A DNA stretch of 64,000 bases from Epiperipatus broadwayi (lineage: Eukaryota; Animalia; Onychophora), in NCBI GenBank assembly GCA_028023455.1, contig JAQFVV010000003.1:10354001-10418000 (forward strand). The letters run 5' to 3'. Under the pieces are notes generated by a model. That model saw nothing but the letters and a program-made list of their open reading frames with translations. It did no database searches and was not told where the DNA came from. Both the position numbers and the translations under genes were made by a program. Of this stretch, positions 50,301 to 64,000 are shown in pieces (position 1 is the stretch's first letter; every line of letters begins with the position of its first letter).

Positions 50301-53300
50301 AGATCAATAACAAGACAGAGAACGAAATACACTAAATTAATTATACATTTATTTACAATTCCTATATATATCATTTATTTACAATAGCATTTCAGCGTAG
50401 AATGTATGCAAACATTGGGTAGATAAGAGAACACATTCTTTTTATATATATAATTCAAAATAGCTTTATATAAATAATTTCATTTAATTTTCACACATGG
50501 GTTTAACATATGCCCATCTTATGAATTGCTTTACAAACTAATACAAAATGATCACTACGTTATGTCTATAAATCTAGATAAACCAAAACCTATTAAATTG
50601 GTGGCTGTTATATAAATAATTATATTGAACCTTGATCATTCTAAAAATTCATTATTTATTGCAAATATAATATTTAACAATGAGCACATAAACCAGCTCA
50701 CATAACGATCGATCGAACATGGCTTTCGAGAAAAAATTTCAGAATGCTGAAAGTGTTATGTTAAGGTGGAAGAGTTGGCTGCCTAAGATTTTACCAATGC
50801 ACTATGGCACAGGTAAATAACAATAGGAAAAGTTGCTCTGCGGATGGATGAATAACTTCAGGGTGCTTGCGACCAACGCCGGTACCCTGTAACCGATCGC
50901 AGTGCTGTGAGAAAAGGAACATTTTTGTTCAGAAATGGCGGAGGACTTACGTGCTAACCTGGCCTTGGCTCAGGCTTTTCTACTGCTCGACCCTATAAGA
51001 GAAGATGTGCTGGCAATGCTGTGGCTCCATCTTGATATACGTATCATACATATAGCAGCAAAACAAGAATAATTTTATAAAATAATATATCACATCTGCC
51101 AAGCAAAAAATAGTATATTTCATACTATGAAATACGAGACAATAGCATATTAGCTCTATCAAATTGGGACCAACTCTTGTGTAGCCTGATAATAAATGTC
51201 TATGCTACTAAAGGGGATATTAGTACATCTGTACTTTGACATGCTCGATCTATTAGGTTACTTATAGATAAAAAATATTTTAAAGAGGGTGAGTATATTT
51301 CTATGGACTTAAGAACTTAAATAACAAATATACTTATAAATACGATCAAGGCTAAATTTAATTCTTAATAAAACTATAAAGTTAAGTTTTTAAATGGTTG
51401 ATTAAAAGAGCCACATTTCATATATTAAATCATAAATAAAAATGACAATGAGTGCAAGGCAAGTCATTATTATTTTATAAAAAATAGGACTTCAAAACAG
51501 TTTGCAGAAAGTTGACGCTCTAAACAAATTACACGAAGATTTTCAAATAATATCTTCTTAAAAACATAAAATTAAGTGCCCACTGTTTCGAAATATTAGC
51601 ATATAAAATAAAATAAGCATTTAAAATAAGGAAAGAAATATAGATACAACCGCAGTGATATAACTTTAAATTAGACACTTATAATTTACTTTTAAATGAA
51701 AGTAAAATATAAATTAGATAATTTTAACTTCAACAATATTAAATCTTGATAGCAATTTACATATTATTTTAAGTATTAAATGGATTTAAATTATGGTTAC
51801 TCTTAGTTTACAATTCTTTTAAAGAGAGTTAGCTAACTTATAAAAAGATTTACACAGAGCTCTGCAGTTTGAAAAATAAAATGGTACCGGTATTATTTAT
51901 CTGGACTGCAAGTTCTTAGCTGTAGGTTTTGTGAGTTTGACAGGGGCAGCTGGTGGCATCATCTTTCCAATTCTGTTAGGCTTGTCTCTGCTAGTGGCAT
52001 GATGGTGGTTCAGGCATTGCAACGAGAGAAACCCCATTCTCCCCGCAGAGTAACAGCAAAAAAATGCCCGCTTTTAGCCGGACATATTAAACATTAAACA
52101 ACGTGGAGACTGGCTGCAATTTTCTCTACAAAATATGGCTGTCTTTCCTTGTTAAAATACAGAGTATTTATAGCTTTTCATTATAGGAATCTATCGCCTC
52201 AAGACTCACTAAACTCAAGAATTTAATTAAATATTTTCAAATTTATAATCCAGATTTTAAAAATTTTAGATAACTTATGTTAGAAACATTCCATAAGCTA
52301 TTATTATAGTTAAGATTTTTCATTGCAAACAATGTCCAATTTAGATTTTAAAAATAACTTAATCTTATCTAAGGAGATTTCAATTAGTAAATTTTGAACT
52401 AGTTTTACTTTTTACCAATTCCAGGTGTGGTCATTAATGACACTTGTTTACAACCAAAAATCTTTTTAATTACTTGACCAGCTTTTATTTTTAATCTTAC
52501 ATATAATAGAAACTCTTTTTATTAAAAACAACCTTTTAACATTTTTTTAAAATGAAAACCTTTTTAACATATTTTTTTAAAATAACTTACAAAAATATTT
52601 TGATATAACTTTTAAATATATTTTCGAGAAACTTTTTCCCTGAAATATATTTAAAACAAGAAATCTTTTAACTATTTTTTAAAGAAACATTTAATATTAT
52701 TTTTAGATAACGGCTTTTACATATTTTAAAATCATGTCTTCCTTCTATATAGCACAGATTATATGTCCACATACGAATTTACAATATTAAACAACAAAAT
52801 TAATAATTTACTTTTAACTTAAATAATATAACAAACATTTTTTAGAAATATTAAGAAAATTTAGTATGCTATAATTTTCCTAATCCTATCTAATTATAGT
52901 GTTGGTTCACATGTAAATATATAATACTGTTTAGACAGACATTAGCTAATTTTAAATTTATTAACATTTAATAGGTTCGAACTTAGCACAGATGAGTGTG
53001 TCATTAGGTTTGTTGGTGAAATGATAAGGGCTTGGAAAGTTATCGTTTCCATATATATATATATATATCAATTCTGAATATAATCAATTAATGTGAATTG
53101 TATTAAACAAGTAATAACTATACATGTCTCGAGAGTCTCATTATTTATCGTGTTAAATTAATTAGTCCATACATAGCACAAATTGGCACAGTAAGACAGT
53201 CTCAATTGGTAAAATCATAATCCAGAAGTATGAAGGCAGGTTAAGTATGTGTTATAAATGTCTAGAAATAGGCGCTAAAAAATTTATAGAGACAGGAATT

Positions 53301-53649
53301 AATATGGCAACTGCTTAACTAGAAAAAGGGGGTTTTGATAATAGTTATCCCTCTGACTAGCCTGTTTATACAACTCATATAACTAAATACTTTATAGTTA
53401 ATAAGGTAAAAGATATATCAAAAATTGCTATATTGTTACTTTTCAGAGGATCAAGACTAATCGAGGTCACAAATCAATTATGTGAACCACAGAAGATCAT
53501 GAAAGCCTACTCTATACAGAAATAATTAAGCAAATAAACAGCTATTTTAGTCCTAAACCATCAAAACATATAGCCCATTTACACTTACAAAATAGATGCC
53601 AAGTGAAGGGGAAAGGTCATAGAGATTTTAATATAGCATTAAAGGACTT

Positions 53650-55650
53650 GGCTAAAGACTGTTCAGCTAGAAACTGTCTATATTGAGGCCTTATTGTAAC
53701 AGTTTTTATAAAGGATGAGTAATGACAGATTTTTCCAGAAGCTGTTAGCCATTATAATTTAACTTAATCAAAGCAATAAAAAAGGGCATTACTCACAAGT
53801 TGGAATTAAATAATGCTAAAGAATTTCATTTACTCAGAAGTTGATATTAAATAATGCTAAAGAATTTCAGAAGTTAAATGCAAATAGCCCAAATTATATT
53901 TTAATATTAAAGACATGCAGAATAGGGAAGACTGATAACACAACCTGGGAATGATTTCATTGCAGAAATACTGGCATGTTGCATGTGAATGCAGCAAGGT
54001 GGACCACCAAGAGAAGCTCTGCTGCACCAAAACTAAATCAAAAGTAAATGGAATTTCTGAGAAACAAAATGAAGAAATCTGAACATCTGACCGAAATCCA
54101 TAAGGCCAAAACTGATAATAGCAAACAAATAATGGTGATAAATAAATATATAGCAAACCAGTGAACATAAAATTGGGGCAGGCATATTGTAATATCACAG
54201 AGTGAAATTTAAAGAAAAATCTAGAGAGAAAATATGGGGGTAAGGGTGATAGACATGAATGGAAACCCCATTGACATATGTGAAGTGGTTAAAGTAATAG
54301 TAGCTTCAACATTCATTGTTAAACCCTAAAACTATACATAGTAAAAGATAAGAATGTGTTGTTAATAGATAAGAAGTGTTTCACTTCATTGAGAATAAAA
54401 ATATATGTGCTGAATAAGATGTGCATAAGAAAAAAAGAATTAAATAATAAATTCCCCAAACTATCTTCAGTGAAACAAAGAAAATTAAACATCAAACCAA
54501 TTGAGATTGGGCTTCACAAAGGGGTAAAATCCATCTGGTGCAAACTAAAAAAATATTGTTTGAAAAGATACCCCAAATAGAGGATCTCTAAATGAAGTAG
54601 TGAAGAATGAGATAGTAACACCTTAGAAAAGGTTGTATGGACCACACTGATTGCCATTGTAACAAAGTGACCAAATACATATATGCAGAGACTATAGATT
54701 AACCATAAATAAGTAAATAGATAAAAGTGTATACCCTGTGCCAAAATGTCAAGAGAAATCTTAGCCAGTCTATGAGACTAAGCATTTTGAAAAACTGAAT
54801 TTGAACTCAGTTTTCCATCAGATTACAATTGCAAAGGAAGCTGAAGCCCTTCTCACCATTACAACTCATAAGGGGTTATACAATTACAACCAACTTCTAT
54901 TTGGGGGTAACAATAATTCCAAACATTTTTCATGCTAAGATTGACTCTGTTGAAGAGTCTGAAGGGAATCATACCTTATTTTGATGATATATTGGTAGTG
55001 GCTAACTCAAAGGGATCCTGGAAAGAGAAACTAAGCAAGGTATGTGAAAGATTGGAAAGTTTCAGAGCCACACTCAATATGCAAAAATGTATTTGAAACA
55101 CAACTGAAATAAAGTTTTTATGCCACTTTATGTCAGGCATGAGAATCTTACCCAATCCCAAGAAAACCAGGGCAATAATGAAGGCCCCAACTCCGAAGAA
55201 TATTAAACAACTCCAAGCATTCTTAGGTTTGATTAACTTTTTGAAAGTTTTATCAAAGACAAAGCACATATAGCAAAATCCTTGTATAAAATTCTAAAAA
55301 AGAATCAGCACTGAATTTGTAAAGGGCAGCAAGAGGATGCTTTCTGGAAGATCAAGACACTGCTCTTTTCAAATTATCTATTAGTGCATTATGATGATAA
55401 CCTCAATATAACACTGATTACAGATACATCTAAGTCTGGAATTGAGGCACATTAACAGTGGCTGAAAGAAATTATAGCCAGCTTGACAAGGAAATGTTGA
55501 TGATTATTGCTGTGGTATGGAAATTTTACTAGTACGTCTATGGAAGACCAATTAAAATTATAACTGATCATTGCCCTCTTCTAGGTATTTTCACCAACAA
55601 AAAAGCTGCTCCAGATTATCTAAGCTCATCTATAATTCAATGGTATAACT
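53650..55650 (+). pseudogene. Third Ty3/Gypsy pol relic (different family), internally deleted
   Basis: RT 'PYFDDILVV' at ~54974-55000, then 'KVCERLE..ATLNMQKC', and RNase H 'LVHYDDNL.ITLITDTS', 'AERNYSQLDKEML' and 'IITDHCPLLGIF'. Confidence 0.8.
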
Positions 55651-57039
55651 TGTTGTTAATGCGAAACTAGAGAGACAAAAAATTATTAAGAATAACAATA
55701 TTCACAACTGATATTTTTAATCTTCAGAAACATTTCAATGAATTTAAATTAAAACATTCAAATCATTTCCAAATATTAACAGATTTTGAACATAATTCAG
55801 ATTTGAAAGAAATCAATAAGAGGATAACTGATAAACTTTTGAAAACTGCAACAAAGATAGTTGATACAAAAAAGCAGCAATTGACTAGTAAAGTTTTACT
55901 GAGGGAAGACAATTTATGAAGAAAAGAAGAAATATGAAAATATATAAAGATAATGCATTAAATAGGATTGAATATCTTGAATTTTATAATATGGTATGAA
56001 AAAGAGTTGATAATAATACAAGACAATATAATTGTGAACTAGGAAGGAAAACTGTAGAGGAAAATGAAAAGTCTAAAGAGTCTAAAACAACATCTTAGTA
56101 TTAAAACCTTTCCGAGGCTCACTTCATTATTGGCCAAGTGAGGTAAAACTCTGAAAGTTTTAATTGGTCAATTGACAAACTCGTTGATAGAAATATTTTC
56201 ATCTTTTAATATATATTAATTTTAGTTTCGTTTTCAAAAAGTATATTAATTCTTTGTAATGTTAGGAAAGTAAACGAATGTTTTTTCAAAAATATATTTT
56301 TATTTGTATTTTATAGAAATATTCAAAAGCGGAAAAATCAAAGAAAATATTATGAGCAAATTACAAGCAATGCAAACATCATTTATATCCCTTCCAGATT
56401 TATGATACAAATTTTTTAAGAATTTTTTAGTAAAATCTTAGCGTTTTTCTAAAAATAATTATATTTTCAGCATATTTTAACCAAAATACATTATAATATG
56501 TAGATAAATGCCAGAAAAATATTCTAAAACATTAATCTTTGTTTGAAATTCAAATAAACAGCTTGGGGCAATCTAAACTCTTGACAGGATGCCAAAATTA
56601 TTGCTATCGCTGGTTTCTTTTTCAATTTACAATCATGTAAAGTATACAATTTTTTAATAAAAACTTACTACTTTTGTAAAATAACTATATTTTCAGCAGA
56701 TTTTATGAAAATAATGTATAATATCTATGAAAAATAATAAAAACACTCTAAAACATATATTTTCATTTTCAGCGGTGAAAAAATATTTATCGGAATCATC
56801 AGCCAATAAGCATCGAGAATGGATGGCCCAACCAATCAGTGTTCGCCTTCTTCTTTTGTTAACTTAAAACACTCCTAGTATTGATTTTTTACTTGTAAAA
56901 TAATTCAAGAGAGGTCAGCATCTTACGGGACTTTTTCTAAACTTTGCAATGAGTATTAAACTATCACCGTAGCTCAAAAAATGACCGATTTAGAGCGATC
57001 CAAAGCCACTGACACACCTGTGCATTGAAACCCATTGAA

Positions 57040-57640
57040 GAGTTAATAGGATACTTACTTTTGCAATAAGAAAAAAAGATAGAATTATTAATAAAAAGAG
57101 AGATGACATCATGACTTATAGTAATAAAAAATAAGAAAAAGTATCTCCTTCAACAAATGGAAGAAATGAGGCATGCAAATGATTTATGAAGAAGGGAAAA
57201 GCTTTAGATAAAGATGGAATTATAAATGATATCTTAAAAGAAATATTAGAAGAAATAAAAATTTTTTGTCAAAGTTATATACCAAATGGTCTAATAGAAT
57301 GATAAAGGAGTACTAGATGATTGGAAGCAGTATATTAATATTTAAAAAAGATGATTAAAATATTAAAAATTACATATCTAGTAAAATTTTATCAGTTCTA
57401 TAAAAAAATTTATCAAAATAAATTGCAAGTCCTCTACAATGAACTTTGAAGTTTAACCAAGTAAAACAATGGATTTAAAAGGAGTTTTAGTACAATAGAT
57501 CATATTCAAGTATTGAGAGAAGTTATAGAAAGAATCCATGAATATGATTGCCACCATGCTTTGGATTTCTAGATATAAAAGGCATTTGATTCTATAAGCA
57601 TTTCTTCATGATTAAAGCATTTGGATCATCAAATGTATTG
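57040..57640 (+). pseudogene. RTE-clade LINE reverse transcriptase relic (N-terminal RT)
   Basis: 'KGKALDKDGIINDILK' and 'FSTIDHIQVLREVIERIHEYD..FLD...AFDS'. An upstream piece probably lies at ~55650-56070. Confidence 0.7.
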
Positions 57641-59569
57641 TACTGGTAAATTCACTTCCCTTTTTATCACCAAGGGTGTCACTATACTACTGTCAATCTA
57701 GAAAATTTAATTTACAGTGATCAAAAAGTTGATGATAAATGCTACCAGCTAGACTCAGGTAGAGAAAGAGATCTTCAACATTGTTCAGACAATAGAGGAA
57801 AGCACACAGAGACTAACATCAGTCAAAAGCAATTATAATTATTAATAATTTACCCCAACTTTTTTTGTCAGAGAGTGTGTGAGAGGATTATGGCATTAAA
57901 CATTTCAGCAGATAAGTTCATTTCTCACTTAAGAATTACAGGGATTTATGATTTCTTCCTGCCAGTGATTTATCAAAGCAAATTCCACTTTCCTTTATTT
58001 AGAGATTTCAAAAGAAAATGATCTTGTACAGAAGTCAATGAACAGTGCAGAGTGAGCTTTTCCTAAAATCTGACAAAACATCGGGGCATAATAAGATTGT
58101 CATATGCCTGCAAACACTCATAAAAGTTACCCAATGAGATTTTATGGTTGATTCCAACAAGATAGAAAAGACTATAATTTTATGCAATCTTAAATAGAAG
58201 AAAACAAAATCACTGTTTAAGAGAAACAGACCAATACAATCAATAAATTACTAGCCAAAAGATTTATGGTCTGCAGGAAACAAAAGTCCAGATTGACTAA
58301 ATTAATTACAATGAAAAAAATAAGGGACAGGTGAATTAAAAAAGAAAACTATTAATATCTGTCCAAGCATTTATCAATGGTTAGTAATATAAAAAGACAA
58401 ACAATGAGTATAAAATATTAACTCACAATAGACTCTCCAACCATGAAATTTAAAATAGAAAATATTAAAACTAAGACTCCAATACATATAATAAAAACAA
58501 AATATTTCTAAAGTAATTAATGATATTTATATGATTATACATAATTTATTAAAGGTGCATATTTCTTTTTATATTAAGCTGAGACCTAAGCAAAGAGATT
58601 TAGACTAAGAGATTTTAACCCTGGTTATAATATGAAAATGTTTGTATACCTTTGGGGTGTAATGTTCTATCTGGCTGATTTCTTCCAGCAGGGTGCATGC
58701 AATTTATTTCTATCTAAAGTTCATTATGAAGGCTTTTGATCTCCTGTAGTCAGGTCAGATAGGATGAAGGCAATATTCAGGATCCATTCTGGGCTAAGCT
58801 TTTAGGCCATGTTCTTGAAGGCACTATTTCGAGCTCCAGGGTTCATCTTTGGGGAAAGTTTAGCACTGCATACTTTTATTAGGGCTCTTTATGGTGAGTA
58901 GTTTCTGCAACTTGGTTGGACAGTCACTATTTCCAATATTTTAGTATATTTACTTCTATTAGTAAATAGCTAAGCAATTCTTTCTTAGCACAGCAAGCAG
59001 CAAATACTGTTATCAGTCAGCAAAAATTCAACTTAGAAGATCTGCATTGAGAAATTAGCAAATATAAAACTTATATAGGTCAATAGTCTGCCATTATCAA
59101 ATATAAAACTTAGAATCCTCTCAATCAAAAACATGGAACTTTTGTATGAAATTGTTATCTCCTGCCTAATCTTGATTAAAATATTTTGACCAAGGTAAAT
59201 CTCTATCTCCCACTTAATCTTAATTAAAAACAAAATCCAACTAAGGCTCTTATCCACTTTTAAACATTAATTAAATGAAAAAATAAGTCCAACTTTTAAA
59301 ATAGATTAAAATCAACAAAATACTTATCCCAATCAAAACTCTTTTTTTTTAATTAAAATGTTTTAACAATTTCTAACTATAATCGAGTATGTGTGTTATA
59401 GCACATACTCTTAATGCATAAAAAAATACAAATTTTTTAAATATGATTTACTTTGAAACTGTTTAAAAATATACATTTTAGTTTTGATTTTCTGCTGTTG
59501 GTTTTTGAAGAGGATAAAGCATCTGTTTCAGTATAGACCCAGAATATTGTTTGAAGAATATTTATAAAA

Positions 59570-60500
59570 GTACAACTGTAACAATTAGAATACATAGTGG
59601 TACTAGGAACATTAACATTGAGATGGGTGTATGAGAGGGTGAATTACCATCTTCATAACTTTTTACCCCAGTTTGGGGAGCTAAGGAAATAAAAGATAAT
59701 GGAGATAATTTGAATCATCTAGATTTTTTTTTTCCATATGTCAAAGCATTGGCCAGAGAAATCATTTAGATTTTGTAGATAAAATAATTTTTTACAAATG
59801 ATGCTTTAGAGCTTCAGGAAATGTTACAAGAGTTATTAGATGAAAGTAAAAAAGAAGAATTAATGGTAAATATTAAAAAATTAAAATAATGTTCAATGAA
59901 TTTTCTCAAAAGAAGAAAATAAACTTTGATAATGATGAGTTAGAAGTTAACAATTACAAATATGTTAGTCTGATTATTACTACAGATGAAAGCATAATAA
60001 ATAAAATGAGAATTAAACTTGGTTAAGTATTTTTGATAGAAATAATTTAACATTAAAAGGAAATATATGTTTGAAAAGAAAGGATTTTATTAAATGTAAG
60101 TTACCAATTCTCACTTATGGATCTGAGACTTGGACCCTTAACAGAAAACCAATACAGAGACTTCAGATCCCTCAATAAAGTATGGAAAGATGTATATTAT
60201 GAGTAACAAGAAGAGATCATAAATGAAATTCATGGATGAGTGTTATTGACATTATTAAAAAAATTAAGAGTCTGAAGTGGAATTGGGTTGGACACTTTGT
60301 TAAAAGAGATAATAATAGATGGCTAATTGAAATTTTAAACTGGATTCCAAGTGGTAGTAAAAGATCTAGAATGAAATCATATGTAAAATGGATGGATAGA
60401 ATGAGGAAATATCCTTAGGTGTGTGGAGAGGAGTGGCTAGAGATCAGAGAAGATGGATTGAATTTGGAGAGATCTTCATTCTGCAATGTTTGATGTTGGG
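59570..60500 (+). pseudogene. RTE-clade LINE 3' end relic
   Basis: 'ELQEMLQELLDESKK..L.VNIKK' and 'SLKWNWVGHFVKRDNNRW..ILNWIPSGSKRSR...KWMD', 'WRGVARDQRRW', matching RTE C-terminal KW.WAGH/RW/W.P/RP..RW.D motifs. Confidence 0.8.
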
Positions 60501-63500
60501 TGAAAATGATGGTGAATCTTTTGTTTATCAGTTCATCTCCATCAGTATTAATTTTATTAAATATTTTAAACTATGTATGTTATCTTTCTCAATTTTTTCA
60601 GCTAACTTTTGATAGCCTTCTTTCTGTTTACACTTTTTGTGATTTTCTTATATTCATTAAATAATTTTTATAACTTAAATGTCTGATATGTCAAGAACAA
60701 AAACATTAGGTTCTAATATAATTCCATGTAACTTAATTATGAACTTGGTTTTCATTTTTAGATTTGTGTGATAAAATGGTGTTTTTGAATTATCTGTGTT
60801 TTTCCTAGTTTATTTCAGATAACAAATTCTTGAGTTTGTTACATTACTATTTTATGATCTGGATCTTTTCTTATATCTTCCTTAGATTATAATTCTGGAT
60901 TTATCAGTAACTATTGGTGACACTTGTCATCTCCCATACTGCAAAGAATTGTTTAGGAAAGGTCTCTTGCCATTATATCCCTTATAAGCATGCTTTAGCC
61001 TGGTCATGTAGATCAACATTATATTCTTCAATTTTCTTTCTTTGTTAGCATTTTTTCTGAAAATTTGACAGATGATATATATTAGAGAAATTGGATTGAA
61101 ATATTTATTTAATTTTCTAATGATATCTGCATATTTTCATTTTACAAAACTCATTTGTAATCTCATTAGCATTATGGCCAGCAAAACAAAGTGTAATCAT
61201 GATTTTAGTTTTGTCATCATCTATTTTATTTATGAGGAAAATTTTCTGTATATGAAATATATATTTTTTCCATTCACTTACATTAAATGTACATATTTGT
61301 TCTAGCTCTGTTATTTCCCCCCTATAAATCTATGTTATATTGGTTTGTAATTTTTTTTTTCCACTGAAAAATGAATCTGCTTTATTTTCATTGCTAAATC
61401 TACAATAGTATTTTTTGAATTCACTTTATGGAGTATTTTATGAGAAATTAAGTCATCAGTGGAGTTGCTTGCTGTCCATTTCCATAACTTACCAAACTTA
61501 TTTTTTGTGAGTTTACCAATTTGCTATGTTCAAATATTCCAATATAGAATATTTTCATAGATAAGTCAAATTTTAAGAATTTTGATTATAGTTATGCAGT
61601 TTATTTCAGCCAGAAAAATAAATCATAATTTGTATATCTACTATTAATTTAATCCACATCTATTTACAGTTAATATAAAATAAGTTATAGTGTAAGTTAT
61701 GCACACTTAATACATATTAATATCAATTCTATTAGCTTGGAATTATGCTTAAAAAAATAAGATTATGATACTGTAAAAATATATAATATGATTTTTGGTC
61801 ATTGGATTACTATTTCAGCAAATAATTCCATAGTCAATCGTTAATATTTCAATAATATTCTAAATCCTCTTATTTAGAAGTTCTTAGTTTCACCTAATAT
61901 CTCTCTCTTTAAAACTTTGCTTTTTTAATCTCCAGCTTTATGGGCTATTAAATCTTTATTGATTAATCTGTAACTATTTAGAATTTCAATATTAATTAAT
62001 TCCCTGTTCTTTGTATATAAATTAATTTTTTTTATAATCTCATGTTCTTTTTTACAATAATTTTAACTAATGCATTTTTTTTAAATTATAATTTAAGTAA
62101 TTAACAAATAACACTATTAAATATTGTTTTTAGATATATTTTATGTCATCAAGTAGCACAAAATGTATTAGCACATATATAGTATGTTGAAATAAAACTT
62201 TATTAATTAATATGAAAATAGTTTTATTATCTACTTTGTTAATATTCAATACCCCCCTCCTTGCAATAGGTTAAAAGCTTTAAGAAAATGTAATTATTAA
62301 AATAAAATAAAAGAATTATAAGTGTAAAGTATGCATTTTAATATCAGATAAGCTTACTTCTAATACAAAAAGAAAAGCTTAAAATATAAATGCATAGTAT
62401 ATTTAATTTTAAAATTATTTTTAAAATTGTTGCTAAGCAATATTAGTAAATTCAAAAACAGAGAACAAAAGTAGTAGATGAGTTGGAGATAATTTTAAAG
62501 GCAGATTAACAATCTAAATTTAATTCTTAGAATGAAAGTTAAAATTAAAATCTGTTTAACAAAAAATAGCAGTCAGACATCAGATAATTAAGACTGGGTC
62601 AATCAGACTTTTGCTTATATTTTTTCTGTTGTGAAATTAATAAGTCACAAGATAGCTAAACATGGAAACATCTAGAGCATCAAAGCAGCAATAACCAATA
62701 ATTAGTTAATAGCAAACCTTAAGAAACCAAATCTTCATTTATCTAAAGCTATGGAAATCATCAAATGCACTTATAAGATTTCTATGTCAGGCTAAAGGTT
62801 TTTGCTATATTTGTTCATTACTGTTCTTGGTATGTTTGTTCATTACTGGTCATTCTATGTGCTAAGTAGGTGAAAATGTTGCTCTGACCAGTTAAATATG
62901 CCTACTTCTAGTTGTCTGTCAAACATTTACTTATGAACTAAACAGCAATTATGCTCTGTCACATTATCTCCTGACAACTCACAAGAAACTTATTCCCCAA
63001 GAAAGAGTGAAAAAAATCATAATCCAAGAGATGAAATATGAACAGAGTAAACATCATATAAGTTAAAACATAGGAAAATAAACTATATAAAAAGGTACCT
63101 GTAAGATGAACGGACTCTGAAAAATACTTGTAAGACATTTTAATAGTTAATTAATTAATTAATTAAGGCCTTTATAAAAATATGTAAACAAACAATAAAT
63201 ATTTTTATATGAATTATTTAACTATTACACATTTTGTTGTGTAAAAATTTTTTTTTTAATATTTTGTCATTTAATATTTTTATTCATTCGTGTATTATTA
63301 GAATAATTATGTTGGGGAAAGATAATAAATGAATCTTAATAGTTTCTTTTTACTGTTATTAAATATATATTTAGAAAAAATCTCATGGTTTCATTTCAAA
63401 GTTACTTTTATACTAATTAGTTTTATATCACATTTTAAACTAACTACGTAGAAATAATCAATTCACTTTACAATATAAAATTATAAATTGATTTTTCATA

Positions 63501-64000
63501 ATCCTCTGGAGAAATAGTTTTTGGGTCATATTCCACTTGTCATTAAAATAGCCATTATTTTTAATGCTGGCATCTGAATATAAGTTATTCTTAAGTAGGA
63601 GTGATTTCCTTCAAATTACCATAATTAATTTCAGCCTAGATGATGAATCTAGATAATCAGGAAATATAACTATGGTTTTTCAATTTAATTATTTTTTATT
63701 ATGATTATTTATTTCATTAGAAATCTCAGTTTGATTATCTTGTAAATTAAAGAAAAAGAAATTTATGTATAGTCAATTAAAAACACCCCTTAATGGAAAC
63801 ACCCCTGTGTGGGATATCAACCTGCACTACGTATTATATTTTTAATATTTTAACTTTAGTATATAGCAGTTTCAATTTATATACAGTAGAATAAATCAGG
63901 TTTTAGGAATGAAGTAGAAAGTGAAAAGTTCTTAATAGAGAAAATAAGTGAAAAGCTGGGAAAGATTTGTAAATGTTTTTCTAGAAAGAGAAAGTTAGAA

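Noticed and set aside
53184-53200. tggcacagtaag as a primer-binding site for the third Gypsy
   Set aside because: No matching LTR pair to anchor it, and tRNA complementarity cannot be verified.
56095-57050. piggyBac-like MITE (TTAA at both ends)
   Set aside because: The putative TIRs match poorly and TTAA is very frequent in this DNA.
7024-61305. Numerous 60-120 aa hydrophobic or antisense ORFs in the ORF track
   Set aside because: They are antisense shadows of TE genes or chance ORFs in AT-rich DNA (Ile/Phe/Leu/Lys bias, often alternative starts), with no recognisable domains.

Overview
This is a very AT-rich, intron/intergenic-type eukaryotic window, most likely from an invertebrate animal; the organism cannot be determined from the sequence. 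It is dominated by nested and mostly decayed transposable elements. I found no prokaryotic operons, rRNA, tRNA or CRISPR arrays, and no host gene I can name. The main elements are: (i) two adjacent degenerate Ty3/Gypsy elements (5.5-8.7 kb and 10.1-23.4 kb); (ii) a Penelope-like retroelement (RT plus GIY-YIG, pseudo-LTR layout) in the second one's 3' LTR, itself interrupted twice; (iii) a young minus-strand LTR element (34.0-43.3 kb) with an Arc/Ty3-type gag, a PPT and near-identical LTRs but no pol; and (iv) a Merlin transposase relic, hAT-like and Tc1/mariner-like MITEs, a third Gypsy pol relic, a broken RTE LINE, a ~310-bp satellite with an internal inversion and several LTR-like ends abutting (TA)n. 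The most notable signals are hammerhead ribozyme motifs. One is an intact minimal hammerhead in a 505-bp non-coding insertion with a 13-bp target duplication and 127-bp inverted arms (14444-14948). Two carry a non-canonical core (A3/U8 swap, A9C) in the Penelope pseudo-LTRs, and at least one more is a CpG-decayed relic. The pol-less gag has a 2-nt frameshift that a 35-nt GT-AG intron would repair. Differences between repeat copies concentrate at CpG sites, suggesting TE methylation. All alignments and counts were made by eye.
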